Shown in pieces: positions 19,353-29,983 of a DNA stretch of 64,000 bases. The stretch is from an uncultured Pseudobdellovibrionaceae bacterium (GTDB taxonomy: Bacteria; Bdellovibrionota; Bdellovibrionia; Bdellovibrionales; UBA1609): contig CAWDNU010000004.1 of NCBI GenBank assembly GCA_963803705.1, positions 448,001-512,000 of the forward strand. Reading direction: 5' to 3'. The first letter of the stretch is position 1. The number at the start of each line of letters is the position of its first letter. Below the pieces are notes generated by a model. It was not told where the DNA came from, ran no database searches, and saw nothing but the letters and a program-made list of their open reading frames with translations. The position numbers were made by a program, and so were the translations under genes.

Positions 19353-20454
19353 TCACAGAAACCAAGATTTAGATTTTACGTCTATGCCTTTCTTCTTAGC
19401 AATATCACGCAGTGCCTTTTCTTCAGCGGCTTCAAGAGACTTAGGGATTTTAACTTTAACGTAAAATTTCAAATCCCCTTTCACAGAACTGCTTCTTAAT
19501 GAGGAAAAGCCTTTTTTCTTTATTCTCAAAACATCATTGGGAGAAGTTCCAGCAGGTATGGTGACAGTTTTATCACCATCAAATGAGTCTACATCCACTT
19601 CAGTTCCTAGAATAGCTTCCAAATAAGACACTTCGATTTGTGAAATCAGATCCAGACCATCTCTATGAAATTTTTTATCTTCCTGAACACGTATCACTGT
19701 ATAGAGATCACCGGCAGGTCCGCCTTTAGAGCCACGATCCCCTTCGCCACTGACTCTGAGTTGAGTGCCGTTTTCGATGCCTGCTGGGACATCTACCGAA
19801 ATTTTTCTTTGAACACTTTCTCTTCCTGCTCCAGCACAAGACTTGCATTTGTCCTTGATGATTTGACCAGACCCACTACAGTGATGACAACTTGTCGCAA
19901 ATGAAAAGAAACCCTGTTTTTGAACCAGCTGACCTGTCCCTCCGCAGTAAGGACAAGTTTCGGGCTTAGACCCTTTCTTAGCTCCTGAACCATCGCAAGT
20001 AGAACAGTCTCTTTCGGCTTCATAACTAATGTCTTTAGAAAGCCCCGTGTACGATTCCTTCAAAGTTAAATCCAAAAAGTATCTTAAATCAGAACCTCTT
20101 TTAGGACCATTTTTTTGGCTTCTGCCAATCTACCTCTGCCGCTCAGCCTCCAAAGAAGTCTCCAAAAATATCACCAAAGTTATCAAAAATATCAGACGCA
20201 TTATGAAAACCTCCGCGCCCCCATACCACCACTAAAGGCTGCATGTCCATACTGATCATACTTGGCTTTTTTTTGAGCATTGCTCAAGACCTCATAGGCC
20301 TCAGCTGCCACTTTAAAAGTCTCTTCAGCCTCTTTGTTGCCTGGATTCTTATCTGGATGGAACTCCATCGCAATTCTACGATAAGCTTTTTTAATCTCAC
20401 CCGCGATGAGGATTTTGTCACACCTAGCACTTCGTAATAGTCTTGTTTGGCCAT
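19353..20454 (-). pseudogene. dnaJ: DnaJ, frameshifted at 3 or more sites (likely sequencing artefact)
   Basis: [12 protein letters not shown] at 20454, the HPD J-domain, the G/F region (DIFDNFGDIFGDFFGG), and the four CxxCxGxG repeats are separated by frame changes. Confidence 0.9.
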
Positions 20455-20475
20455 AAGGCAAACTTGAGTTTATTT

Positions 20476-21151
20476 CGGCGTGGGTCAAGTTTTTTCAGTT
20501 CTTTTTTCCAGATTTAAGCTTCTTTTATTCTTTATGCCTCAAGACGCTCATTTAAGCTGCGTTTCCATTCTATTGATGTCGTAGAGGCAATCATGCTCGC
20601 AATTAGAGCTTCACTCACCTCAAAGCTTCCTGATCGTTCATATAATCTAGCTGCTAATGATTTGGTCCAAAATGGTGCGCCATTATCGGCTGCCTGGTTA
20701 AGAAGATCTGCCGCTCTTTGGTCTTCACCAAGCTCAATCAAATAATGGTATCCCGCTCGGTAATTAATCACCCAGTCATCGGGATAAGCTTCTAATCCTC
20801 GGTCAAAGATCACTTTGGCCCCGTAATCATCATCCAGCATAATGCTTAGGCCAGTGGCTCCGTAAACATATAGAGATTTGAACCTAGGAGCAAGAATCAG
20901 GCCTCATCCAAAACACGAAATCCCCAATTCTGATAGCATAGGTTAGCTTCCTTGCAATTCCAGACATTTTGAACATAGTTAAGCCAAAGGAAGTCAGATA
21001 AAACCTCGTTGAAACCAAAGTGGGCGTACTCCATGCCTTGAGGTGGTGGTAATACTTTGTCAGTTTTTGAAATTTAGTTTATTTATAAAATAAGGCTCAT
21101 GAAAATAAATGTGAAAATTAAAATAAAATTCGTGAAATTAAATCTGGTCAT
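20476..21151 (-). pseudogene. Pilin-associated TPR-like protein (PilG/XapA-like), frameshifted
   Basis: N-terminal TM, 'HFGFNEVLSDFLWLNYVQ' and the TPR-like segment (20532-20840) are separated by frame changes. Directly downstream of pilA. Confidence 0.6.
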
Positions 21152-21167
21152 ATGCTAATTGTAATCC

Positions 21168-21205
21168 AAAAAAAAAGGCCACAAAGTGATTTATGGCCTT
21201 TTTTT
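21168..21205. terminator. Intrinsic terminator after pilA (bidirectional-type)
   Basis: A-run, GGCCA...TGGCC stem, T-run. Confidence 0.75.
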
Positions 21206-21221
21206 ATCTTCAACTATTGAA

Positions 21222-21748
21222 CTAGATTTTAGTTCTCAACATCTCGTCACCAGGTGGCTGAGTTAATACTTTGAAGTGATTCATGTTCCAGTGATCTATA
21301 ACTGGATCAGCATCTATATTTCCGTGAGCACCAGCAATAAAGGTGACTGCGATTAGCACTGTCCCGGTAGGGTAGCAGCCAAAGGCCCCATTTCACACTC
21401 AACCCCTACAATTAAGCACATCTTACTCTTGCTCTAACCTGGACGGCAGGGACACCTCGTGTAACTTGGATGACCTGGGGGACCATTGGTGGGTGCGCCA
21501 TCCGAATCCTAAGTTATAGTTCCCGACTGATCATAACCAAGAGCTCTGAAGTCACCATAATACTGGTTCCATTCTGCTTGAAAGGTTTTCATGGTAGTAA
21601 ATAAAGAAGATAAATTTGTCTTAGCTTCACTTTGTTTCGCTTTCTTTTGGAAGTTTTGATATTGTGGAACAGCAATCGTCGATAAAATACCGATGATCAC
21701 AACCACGATCATTAATTCAATTAAAGAAAAGCCCTTTTGATTTTTCAT
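21222..21748 (-). pseudogene. pilA: Type IVa major pilin, frameshifted in the variable region
   Basis: Class III signal '[23 protein letters not shown]', then '[11 protein letters not shown]'. The C-terminal 'FIAGAHGNID...DHWNMN..KVL' is in another frame, ending at 21222. Confidence 0.85.
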
Positions 21749-21933
21749 ATTTAATACTCCTTAATCTTTTGTTAAAATTTATTAGGTCTTTTTGCATATG
21801 TTCTTATCGTCATTTTAGGTTTAAACAAAAGGTAAATGCTAGTCCAGATTTCAAATTTGGGCTCTTTAGGGACAATAACAACAAAAAGGTGGTGTCTGTA
21901 GTAACCTGCAACTAAAGGATTAAGGATTAAGTA

Positions 21934-22238
21934 ATGAGTAAAACAAAGCAACATTCCGACAGTTGATCATTTTGAGACATCTAGAAATTAAAATCCCTTC
22001 TATCTATAAAGTTATATTATTAAATGATGATTTTACACCTATGGATTTTGTAATTTATGTTCTTCAAGACGTCTTTAACCATGAAAGCGCTCATGAAATT
22101 ATGACTTCGATTCATGAAAAAGGTTCTGGAGTCGCAGGTCAGTTCACGAAGGAAGTCGCTGAGACTAAAATTGATCAGGTCGGCCAACTTGCCAAAGACC
22201 AGAAGTTTCCCTTACGGTGTAAAATGGAGAAAGACTAA
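21934..22238 (+). CDS. clpS: Clp protease adaptor ClpS (apparent 5' frameshift)
   Basis: 'YKVILLNDDFTPMDFV', 'IHEKGSG', 'VAETK', 'FPLRC.ME'. The ATG at 21934 with RBS is out of frame with the body (21963-22238). Confidence 0.88.
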
Positions 22239-24393
22239 TGCTTTCATTTGACCTTCAAATTATCCTTCAAAAAGCCACTGAAAAGGCGGTTGTAAAGAAT
22301 CACGAGTTTGTTACCCTTGAGCACTTACTTGAACAGTTTTGTGTTTCGAATGAGGGAACTGAGTTTTTCACGTGGGCGGGAATACCTATGCAGCCTGTAC
22401 TGATTGAAACGCAGGATGTCATTGAAAGAAATGTCCCTGTTAAGAGTGGCGTACAACCTGATCTTACCTTGGCGGTGCATAGGTGCATCAATAGAGCGTT
22501 GAATCAGGCGCAGTCGGCGGGTAAAAGCTCGATTCAGAGCGTCACGTCTTAATTGCCATTTTTGACGAAGATGATTGTTTTGCATCTTACATTCTAGGTA
22601 AAAATGGAATTGATCCTTTGCTGTTGATGGACTTTCTTAGCCGAGAATTCAGGTGAAGATATGACAACTTCGTTGACCCAGAAATACACTAAAGATCTTA
22701 ACTTACTTATTTATAATGATCCGCACCCACTTATAGGGCGTGAAGAAGACTTAAAAAGTCTTTACCGAACACTTCTGAGAAAAAATAAAAATCACTGTTT
22801 GATTGTTGGACCCTCAGGCGTTGGTAAGACAGCCTTTGTTAAGGGTTTTGTGCAAGCCGTTCTTGATGAGACCGTACCACAAGCTTTGAAGAATGTTAAA
22901 GTCTATTATTTAGAACTTGGTGTATTGATGGCTGGTACCAAATACCGCGGAGACTTAGAGTCTCGAGTAGACAGTTTGTTTAAAGAGCTTGAACAAGAAA
23001 GTATGAATGTTGTGTTTATTGACGAAATACATTAATGGTAGGCGCAGGTAGAACTTCAGGGTCAAATTCAGACTTATCCAGCTTGCTTAAACCTTTCTTA
23101 GAAGCATCAAAGATCAGATTTATAGGCGTTACCACCCTCCAAGACTTTAGGAAGAATATGGAATCAGATCCAACTTTTTCTAGGCTCTTTCAAAAACTTG
23201 AACTGGAAGAGCCAAGTTTTGATGAGTGTGGAAACTTAGTTCAAGGGTTAATACCTAGCTATGAAACCCACCACGATGTTAAGTACCAATCAAAAGCTGT
23301 TGAATTAAGTATAAAACTTTCAGGAAAGCATATGTTTGACCGTAAATGGCCGGATAAAGCGCTGGATGTTTTAGACGAAGCTGGTTCAATGACAAGACTA
23401 CTAAGTCTAAAAAATGTTACGTTGAAAACAGTAGAAAAGGTCATTGCAAAGATGGCAAAAATCCCAGAAGAAACTGCAGAACAAGATGAAGTTCAACTTC
23501 TTAAAAATCTTGAGTCAAATATTAAGTCTAAAATCTTTGGGCAAGACAGTTCTATAAAGGAACTAGTTGCAGCAATCCAGTATTCTAGATCGGGCTTAGG
23601 ACCAAAACAAGGTCCTATTGGCAGCTTTTTATTTACAGGTCCCACTGGGGTCGGAAAAACCGAAGTAAGCCGAACTTTGGCTGAAAATCTTGGCGTTAAA
23701 TTTATAAAATTTGATATGAGTGAGTATATGGAAAAACATAGCGTTTCTAAATTAATTGGCGCCCCACCAGGCTACGTTGGTTACGACGAGGGCGGCCAGC
23801 TAACAACCACTATTCGTGAAACCCCCCATGCAGTTTTACTTTTAGACGAGATTGAAAAAGCTCACCCTGATTTGTTAAACGTTTTATTGCAAGTCATGGA
23901 CTCGGGAACTTTAACAGACTCGCAAGGCAAGCTTGTCAACTTTTCAAATGTAGTAATTATTATGACCTCAAACCTTGGTGCCAGAGAAGCCAATAAAAAC
24001 CAAATGGGTCTAGTCAGAAGTAGCGAAAGTAGGTTCACTGATGAAGCTGTAAAAAGATTTTTTTCTCCTGAATTTATTAACAGATTAACTAGCATCATTA
24101 AATTTTCGGCCCTACCAAAAGAACACTTATTAGACGTTATCACAAAGTTTTTAAATGAGCTAAAAGATCAGGTGAAACAAAAAGGTGTTGATTTAAGTTG
24201 GTCCGACGCGGTTCCCCAGTATATATTTCTGAAAGGTTACGATCCACTAATGGGTGCAAGGCCATTCCAAAGAACTATAAGCGCTCACGTGAAAAAAGTC
24301 CTTGTAGAGCCACTTTTGTTTCAGAAAGGTGAAACCAAAACTATGAGCCTTGAAGTCAAAGACGATAAGATTCAGCTTAAGCAAAGCTCATAG
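22238..24393 (+). pseudogene. clpA: ClpA ATP-binding subunit, split by about 3 frameshifts (likely artefact)
   Basis: Clp-N 'HEFVTLEHLL', AAA1 GPSGVGKT and FIDEIH, AAA2 GPTGVGKTE and DMSEYME, spread over three ORFs plus a bridging frame (HVLIAIFDE...). Confidence 0.92.
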
Positions 24394-24542
24394 CATTTAA
24401 AATATAGAATAAATTGATTGTCTTAGCCTCATAAGGCTCAGTCATACGTTTGTAATATTCTTGCAGTCGCAGAACATTACAAGCCGAGCTCGCTTTTAAG
24501 GCTAAGACAATCAATTTATTCTATATTTTAAAATGCTATGAG
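24387..24542. repeat. Long inverted-repeat element A (43/44-bp arms, 69-nt structured core)
   Basis: 24387-24429 is the reverse complement of 24499-24542 apart from one indel. The left arm includes the clpA TCA-TAG. Confidence 0.95.
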
Positions 24543-24599
24543 GCAGATTCCCATGACCTCAGCTGCTGCGACGGGCTTGACCCAGTAGACTTAAGACTC

Positions 24600-24798
24600 A
24601 TATTTGGTTTATAGTAATTTTGCTGAGGATTTTTAATGTTTTAAATTTCTTGCCTATTACTTAAAAGGTTTTGAACTCGTTGGCGCGCAACATTGCGAAC
24701 GCAATGTAAGTGTCAAGGTCTGTGCAAAATTTTTTAAGTAATAAGCAAGAAATTTAAAACATTAAAAATCCTCAGCAAAATTACTATAAACCAAACAT
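24600..24798. repeat. Long inverted-repeat element B (about 77-bp arms, 45-nt core)
   Basis: 24603-24666 pairs with 24732-24795 with one mismatch. The core holds the hairpin ACATTGCG-AA-CGCAATGT. Confidence 0.95.
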
Positions 24799-24819
24799 TT
24801 GTATAAAGGTGACCTAAAC

Positions 24820-25737
24820 ATGACATACATCAAACGAACCTTCTTTTTTATTTTAGTAAACGTAGCGATAATAACCACTCTGTCAGCCCTCGTTTTTGGA
24901 ATTGAGGCTTACACTGGCTATTCATTAGGACAAAATTTCACTGGCTTGATTGCACTTTATACCATCTTTGGTATGGGTGGCGCATTCTTTTCACTATTCA
25001 CCTCAAAGTGGATGGTTAAGCGTGGCATGGGCGTTAAGGTGATTTCACCCACCACTCAAAATTCTACCGAGAAGTGGATCCTGAACTCTGTTTACCAGTA
25101 TGCTAGAAGTGCAGGTTTAAAAAATATGCCTGAAGTAGGCATTTATAATTCCCCTGAAATGAATGCATTTGCTACAGGCCCCTCGAAAAACAATTCATTG
25201 GTTGCAGTGTCTTCAGGCTTGCTAGAATCCATGAGCAAAGATGAAGTCGAGGGAGTAATAGGTCACGAGATTGCTCATATAGCCAATGGGGACATGGTTA
25301 CATTGACCCTTATCCAAGGTGTGGTGAATACCATAGCCATGTTACTTGCTCGATTAATTACTGAAGTGATCGCATCTAAAATGGATTCTAAAGGTCGAGG
25401 AATGTCACAGTTTTTTATCTATATGTTTGTGGTTAACATTTTGGGAATCTTTGGATCCATCGTGGTAAATTGGTTTTCTAGACACAGGGAATTTCGCGCA
25501 GATCACGGTGGGGCTAAGTACGCAGGTCGGGATAAGATGGTTAAGGCTCTAGAAAAACTTCAAGAAGGACAGCGAAGAGTCAAAAATCAAGTGCCACCGA
25601 AGAACAGTGATCAACCAGCAGCGGTAGCAGCACTTAAAATCTCTGGATACAGTAAGGGGTCATTTCTAAAACGGCTGTTTATGACTCACCCACCTTTAGA
25701 AGAGCGGATACACGCCCTTCGTTCTAATTCTTTATAG
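24820..25737 (+). CDS. htpX: Membrane zinc protease HtpX
   Basis: Motifs 'NAFATG', 'HEIAH..NGDMVT', 'FSR.REFRAD', 'THPPLEERI'. Confidence 0.96.
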   Translation: MTYIKRTFFFILVNVAIITTLSALVFGIEAYTGYSLGQNFTGLIALYTIFGMGGAFFSLFTSKWMVKRGMGVKVISPTTQNSTEKWILNSVYQYARSAGLKNMPEVGIYNSPEMNAFATGPSKNNSLVAVSSGLLESMSKDEVEGVIGHEIAHIANGDMVTLTLIQGVVNTIAMLLARLITEVIASKMDSKGRGMSQFFIYMFVVNILGIFGSIVVNWFSRHREFRADHGGAKYAGRDKMVKALEKLQEGQRRVKNQVPPKNSDQPAAVAALKISGYSKGSFLKRLFMTHPPLEERIHALRSNSL

Positions 25738-25800
25738 TTATAAAGGTAATACTTTTAAAACTTCCTGGCTTAGCTGCTAAGTTCAGGTATATGTGATCAA

Positions 25801-26703
25801 GTGAAATATGATAATCGCTCTAAAGGCTTGATCTTAGCTGGCGTCACAGCTTTTTGTTGGGCTTCGCTAGCCATCTTTTTAAAAAAAGCCCTAACCTTTA
25901 CCTCGACTGAAAATATAGTGGCGTTTAGAATGTTAATCTCATTTTGTATTCTTTTTACCTACTTTTTGGTTGCAAATAGGGGTGAACTTAAAAAAGTTTG
26001 TAAGAATCCGCCGCTTTTAGCTGGTTTAGCCGGTCTGATGTTATCTTTTAACTATTTCGGATACATGAAAGGGGTTGAGTACACCGGCGCTGGCAACGCA
26101 CAAATTATGATACAGCTGGGTCCTACACTACTTATTGTTTTTGGTTTAACTATCTTTAAGGAATCCTTTAGCCGTAGGCAAATTTTTGGAATCTGCTTAG
26201 CGCTTTTGGGTTTTGTACTTTTTTACTACGACCAAAAAAGTTTTGACATAAATAGTACATTGAACACTGGAAACTTATGGATTCTTGCCGCAGCAATAAC
26301 GTGGGCCATCTATGCTGTATTACAAAAAAAACTTACGGCTCATTGGAATCCTCAAACCCTGAATTTAATCATTTATTTTGTTTGTAGTTTAGTTTTGCTT
26401 CCCATGTCAGACCTTGGGCAAAGTCTAGATTTCAAAATTCTAGAATGGGCCCTGATATTCTTTTTAGGACTAAACTCTTTAGTGGCGTACGGGTGTCTTG
26501 CTGAAGCGCTAAAGTATGCCCCGGCAAGTGAAGTTAGTCTGGTCATTACAATAAATCCATTGGGGACTTTATTAATTTTATGGTTAGGTCAGTATCTTGG
26601 ACTTTCTTGGATTCCGCTAGAGTACATCACTTGGATTGGTGGCCTAGGAGCAATGTGCGTTGTGCTTGGCGTAGGTTGGACTTTAAGTCAAAAAAAGTCA
26701 TAA
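25801..26703 (+). CDS. DMT/EamA family transporter
   Basis: About ten TM helices in two repeats, about 300 aa. Confidence 0.85.
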   Translation: MKYDNRSKGLILAGVTAFCWASLAIFLKKALTFTSTENIVAFRMLISFCILFTYFLVANRGELKKVCKNPPLLAGLAGLMLSFNYFGYMKGVEYTGAGNAQIMIQLGPTLLIVFGLTIFKESFSRRQIFGICLALLGFVLFYYDQKSFDINSTLNTGNLWILAAAITWAIYAVLQKKLTAHWNPQTLNLIIYFVCSLVLLPMSDLGQSLDFKILEWALIFFLGLNSLVAYGCLAEALKYAPASEVSLVITINPLGTLLILWLGQYLGLSWIPLEYITWIGGLGAMCVVLGVGWTLSQKKS

Positions 26704-26711
26704 TATAAATC

Positions 26712-28682
26712 ATGAAATCTACAGCCTTTCTTTTACTTTTGTCACTGAACTTATCTTTTCAAATTTCTGCTCTTGCTGGAAACAGTAAAAAGTTGCTAGA
26801 AGCTGTATCTGAAAATAACTTTAACGAGCTATTAAACCACAAAAAAGATCACAGCTGGATCGAGCATTACATTATTAAATTGCTAAAAACTGATTTGGAA
26901 TTCGCAAATTCTATGACAGATTCTAATGATAAACTTAAGTTACTTAAGCAAGTTTTAGAAAAAACCTCTTTCGCTCCTACAAAGATACAAGTTTTGCAAA
27001 GCATTGCTGATTTACAGAAAAAATTAAAATTAGATGATCAGGTTACTCAGAAGGAACTTCTACAAATAACTTCGCCTATTGAAAATGTAAAAGACTGTAA
27101 GGGATTTTATAAAAAAGGAAGCGTTTTCAGAGACCTTAGAAAGTTTGACACAAGTCTTGATAATTATAATAAGGCTTTTAAGTGTTACACCAAACCTAAG
27201 TCCAAAATTAGATCATTAGAGAAAATAACTTTGACTCAAAAAATTAAGCACCGAGGCAAAGATTTTTTGGCTGCTTCCCTAAACACTTATAATTTTACCA
27301 AAGATGCTTTCAAAGAAGGAAAGATACCAGCTAAGCTTTATAACAAAGTTGGCATCGAACACGTGCGCGCAGTATGGACATATCAGTCAGCAAAAGACGC
27401 TATGACTTACTTAGGTGAAATGAAGCAAATTTTAAGTTCTAAGCACTCACTGCAAACCGTCTACTGGATTTACGCACGCTTGGCCGAAGAAAAAAACAAA
27501 CTAAAAAAGTCCCAGAAATACTTAGCACTAGCTTTAAAAGAAAAACCTATTTCAGATGGTGACTTGATTGATATTTATTGGCAGAAGTTTTGGAATCATT
27601 TAGAGCTTAAGCAAATGCAAGAGGCTGAAAACGCCTTAAATCAGTCTTTATCAGTTGGAGATCCTTTTATAAATCAATCCAGAACTTACTACTGGTTAAT
27701 AAATACCCTTAAAACAAAAAAAATAAAACTTCAGGGAAATTTAAATGAATTAAATTCTAAAAAGAATTCACAGGATAAAATTAAGAAGTCTAAATTGGCT
27801 ATAGAAAAACTTGACCAGCAGATTGATGATCATACAGAAACGCTTACATCTAAATACCCTATTTCATTTTACACAGCGCTAATACGTAAACACAGTGGTT
27901 ATAAATATGAACCTTCAGATCTAGACGACTTTTCTTCTAAGACTTATAAAAAACTTCCTAAAAGTTTTGACTTAGAGTTTTATAAAAAACTTCAAGAGAC
28001 TTCAACTCTTGCGACACAAAGTTTTTTAAGAAAATATTACTACAAATTTAGGCGTAAAATTTCAAAGAGCCAACGATTTTTAATCAAAAGGCTGTTGGCA
28101 AGAAATGGTGAAACCACCGAGCTTTTTATAGAACTTGAAGCCAATCCAGAGATCTGTTTTCGTGAAGGTGCCCCTTGCATGGATCTATTTCCGACACCTT
28201 ATCAAGAAAGGGTTACTCTTGCTTCTAAAAGATACCAAGTACCGAAAGAACTTATATATTCGATCATTCGTCAGGAATCTATCTTTAATCCACTTGCTAA
28301 AAGTTGGGCTGATGCCAGAGGGCTGATGCAGCTTCTACCTTCAATAGCCAAAAGCATTTCGAAAGATGCAAAGGTCGAATATAGTGGTCCACTGGATTTA
28401 TATAGCGTGGAGAAGAATATTTACTACGGAACTTACTTAATTAAAAGTCTAATTCAAGAGATGGACAATTCCTTGGTCATGGGACTTTGTGGATATAATG
28501 CAGAAAAAAGACGCGCGAAAACCTGGTATAAAACTAGGTTTAAGGGTGACTGGCTTAAATTCATCGAAGAGATCCCTTATAATGAAACCAGAAATTATAA
28601 CAAATTAGTTTTAAGAAATTTTCTTATTTACAGCAACAACGATGATTTAATTCTTAAGTCTTGGTTTCCAAAGGGAGTTTAG
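26712..28682 (+). CDS. Soluble lytic transglycosylase with TPR-like region
   Basis: Signal peptide, 'IIRQES.F', 'ARGLMQL', 'YNA', 'IEEIPYNETRNY'. Confidence 0.9.
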   Translation: MKSTAFLLLLSLNLSFQISALAGNSKKLLEAVSENNFNELLNHKKDHSWIEHYIIKLLKTDLEFANSMTDSNDKLKLLKQVLEKTSFAPTKIQVLQSIADLQKKLKLDDQVTQKELLQITSPIENVKDCKGFYKKGSVFRDLRKFDTSLDNYNKAFKCYTKPKSKIRSLEKITLTQKIKHRGKDFLAASLNTYNFTKDAFKEGKIPAKLYNKVGIEHVRAVWTYQSAKDAMTYLGEMKQILSSKHSLQTVYWIYARLAEEKNKLKKSQKYLALALKEKPISDGDLIDIYWQKFWNHLELKQMQEAENALNQSLSVGDPFINQSRTYYWLINTLKTKKIKLQGNLNELNSKKNSQDKIKKSKLAIEKLDQQIDDHTETLTSKYPISFYTALIRKHSGYKYEPSDLDDFSSKTYKKLPKSFDLEFYKKLQETSTLATQSFLRKYYYKFRRKISKSQRFLIKRLLARNGETTELFIELEANPEICFREGAPCMDLFPTPYQERVTLASKRYQVPKELIYSIIRQESIFNPLAKSWADARGLMQLLPSIAKSISKDAKVEYSGPLDLYSVEKNIYYGTYLIKSLIQEMDNSLVMGLCGYNAEKRRAKTWYKTRFKGDWLKFIEEIPYNETRNYNKLVLRNFLIYSNNDDLILKSWFPKGV

Positions 28683-28690
28683 AATTAATC

Positions 28691-28718
28691 TTAAGTTAGA
28701 CTCATTTCAAGACGATAT
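28691..28718 (+). promoter_or_regulatory. Putative sigma28 (FliA) promoter
   Basis: TTAA-N16-GACGATAT ending 6 nt before the ATG at 28725. Confidence 0.45.
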
Positions 28719-28724
28719 AGAGCT

Positions 28725-29168
28725 ATGGCGGTTTTAAGAAAAATATCTATCTTATTATTAGTTTTTTGTTCGCTAAAGTCCTATTCGGTGGAATTAAAAT
28801 CAAGATCAGTAAAAGATAACCCTAGAATTCAAAATCTTGAAAAAATAAGATGCAGTTTTGTAGCTATTTCTGACAGTAAAAAGATACGACTAAATTCTGA
28901 AGTTTTCAAAATTACGGATCTAAATAAAGATCTTAACGGCCAAACCAAGGGTATTTACGTCAATATTTTTGATTTCTTAGGATTTAGCTTTTATCTAGAT
29001 GCACAAAAAAGATTGAATATTAGAAGTGAGCAGGAAGAGAGCTCAGAAAAGCAACTCAAGACTTTCACCAGACTTCCAGCAAACTTCAACACAAAAGTTA
29101 GTTTTTCGTCGCAGTACAATTCTAAACCAGTTTATATCAGTGAGGTGAAAATTGAGTGCAAGCCTTAA
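28725..29168 (+). CDS. Hypothetical secreted protein
   Basis: Signal-peptide-like N-terminus and a Cys pair in the mature region. Confidence 0.6.
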   Translation: MAVLRKISILLLVFCSLKSYSVELKSRSVKDNPRIQNLEKIRCSFVAISDSKKIRLNSEVFKITDLNKDLNGQTKGIYVNIFDFLGFSFYLDAQKRLNIRSEQEESSEKQLKTFTRLPANFNTKVSFSSQYNSKPVYISEVKIECKP

Positions 29169-29934
29169 ATCAACTTTTAACCTTGGCCTTTTTTCTACGA
29201 TTTTACTATTTATAAGCGCCCCCTCAATGGCAGGCATAGAGACAGGCACCAGTCGCCAATCCCATTCGAACACAAGAATCAGTCCAATGCACAGTCCGCA
29301 AGTTCAGTCTTCTTTTATTAATACCTGTCTAAAATATGGCGTGCGTGAAAAATTTTGTCGTGAATTGACTTCTCCAATTGACCGACAAAAGGAAAAGAAT
29401 AAGTTCTACAGGACTTATCCAGGCCAACCACATATTTTGATGCCTCATCAGAGTAGTTGGAACAAAGGCATTTATTTGCTACAGATTGCAGAAAGCTTAT
29501 CTGAATACGGAGAAATATGCGCCATAAGAAATTGGTACAGACCTGAACCTTACAACAGCCGTGTTGAAGGCTCATCCAATAGTGAACATTTGTCTGCTGG
29601 CGCTATTGATATAGAATTCTGTTCCCCTGCTGAAAAAAAGAAAGCTTTACGGGCAGCATTAGCAATGAGGCAAAAATATAAAAAACCAGCAAGTGTCGGG
29701 GTTTATGGTGAGGGCAATACAGTTATTCATATTGGATTTTCAAATAGAATCTATGGACCAAACATCGCCTATCATGACCGTGCAGCTGCAACCCAAGCTG
29801 CATGGAATTCAGTTTCAGAACCAGGCAAAAATCTAAAAAATAGAAACCAGATGTCTCAAAATAGACCGAGGGTGCAAAGAGCCAGTGGTTCAAATTTTTG
29901 GCGAAATATTGTTAATTTTTTTAGAGGCACATAA
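29152..29934 (+). CDS. Peptidase M15A-type (D-Ala-D-Ala Zn metallopeptidase) domain protein
   Basis: 'WYR...YN..V.G...SEHL.A.AIDI' and 'IHI' Zn ligands, plus a signal peptide. Confidence 0.8.
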   Translation: MSASLKSTFNLGLFSTILLFISAPSMAGIETGTSRQSHSNTRISPMHSPQVQSSFINTCLKYGVREKFCRELTSPIDRQKEKNKFYRTYPGQPHILMPHQSSWNKGIYLLQIAESLSEYGEICAIRNWYRPEPYNSRVEGSSNSEHLSAGAIDIEFCSPAEKKKALRAALAMRQKYKKPASVGVYGEGNTVIHIGFSNRIYGPNIAYHDRAAATQAAWNSVSEPGKNLKNRNQMSQNRPRVQRASGSNFWRNIVNFFRGT

Positions 29935-29983
29935 GGCTTCAGTTTAGAATTGGCTTTAGCCTTAGACTTTGAAAAAAGAAAAT

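Noticed and set aside
20140..23040. True pseudogenisation or programmed frameshifting of dnaJ, pilA, clpS and clpA
   Set aside because: Too many clustered indels in unrelated conserved genes with intact motifs. An artefact is more parsimonious.
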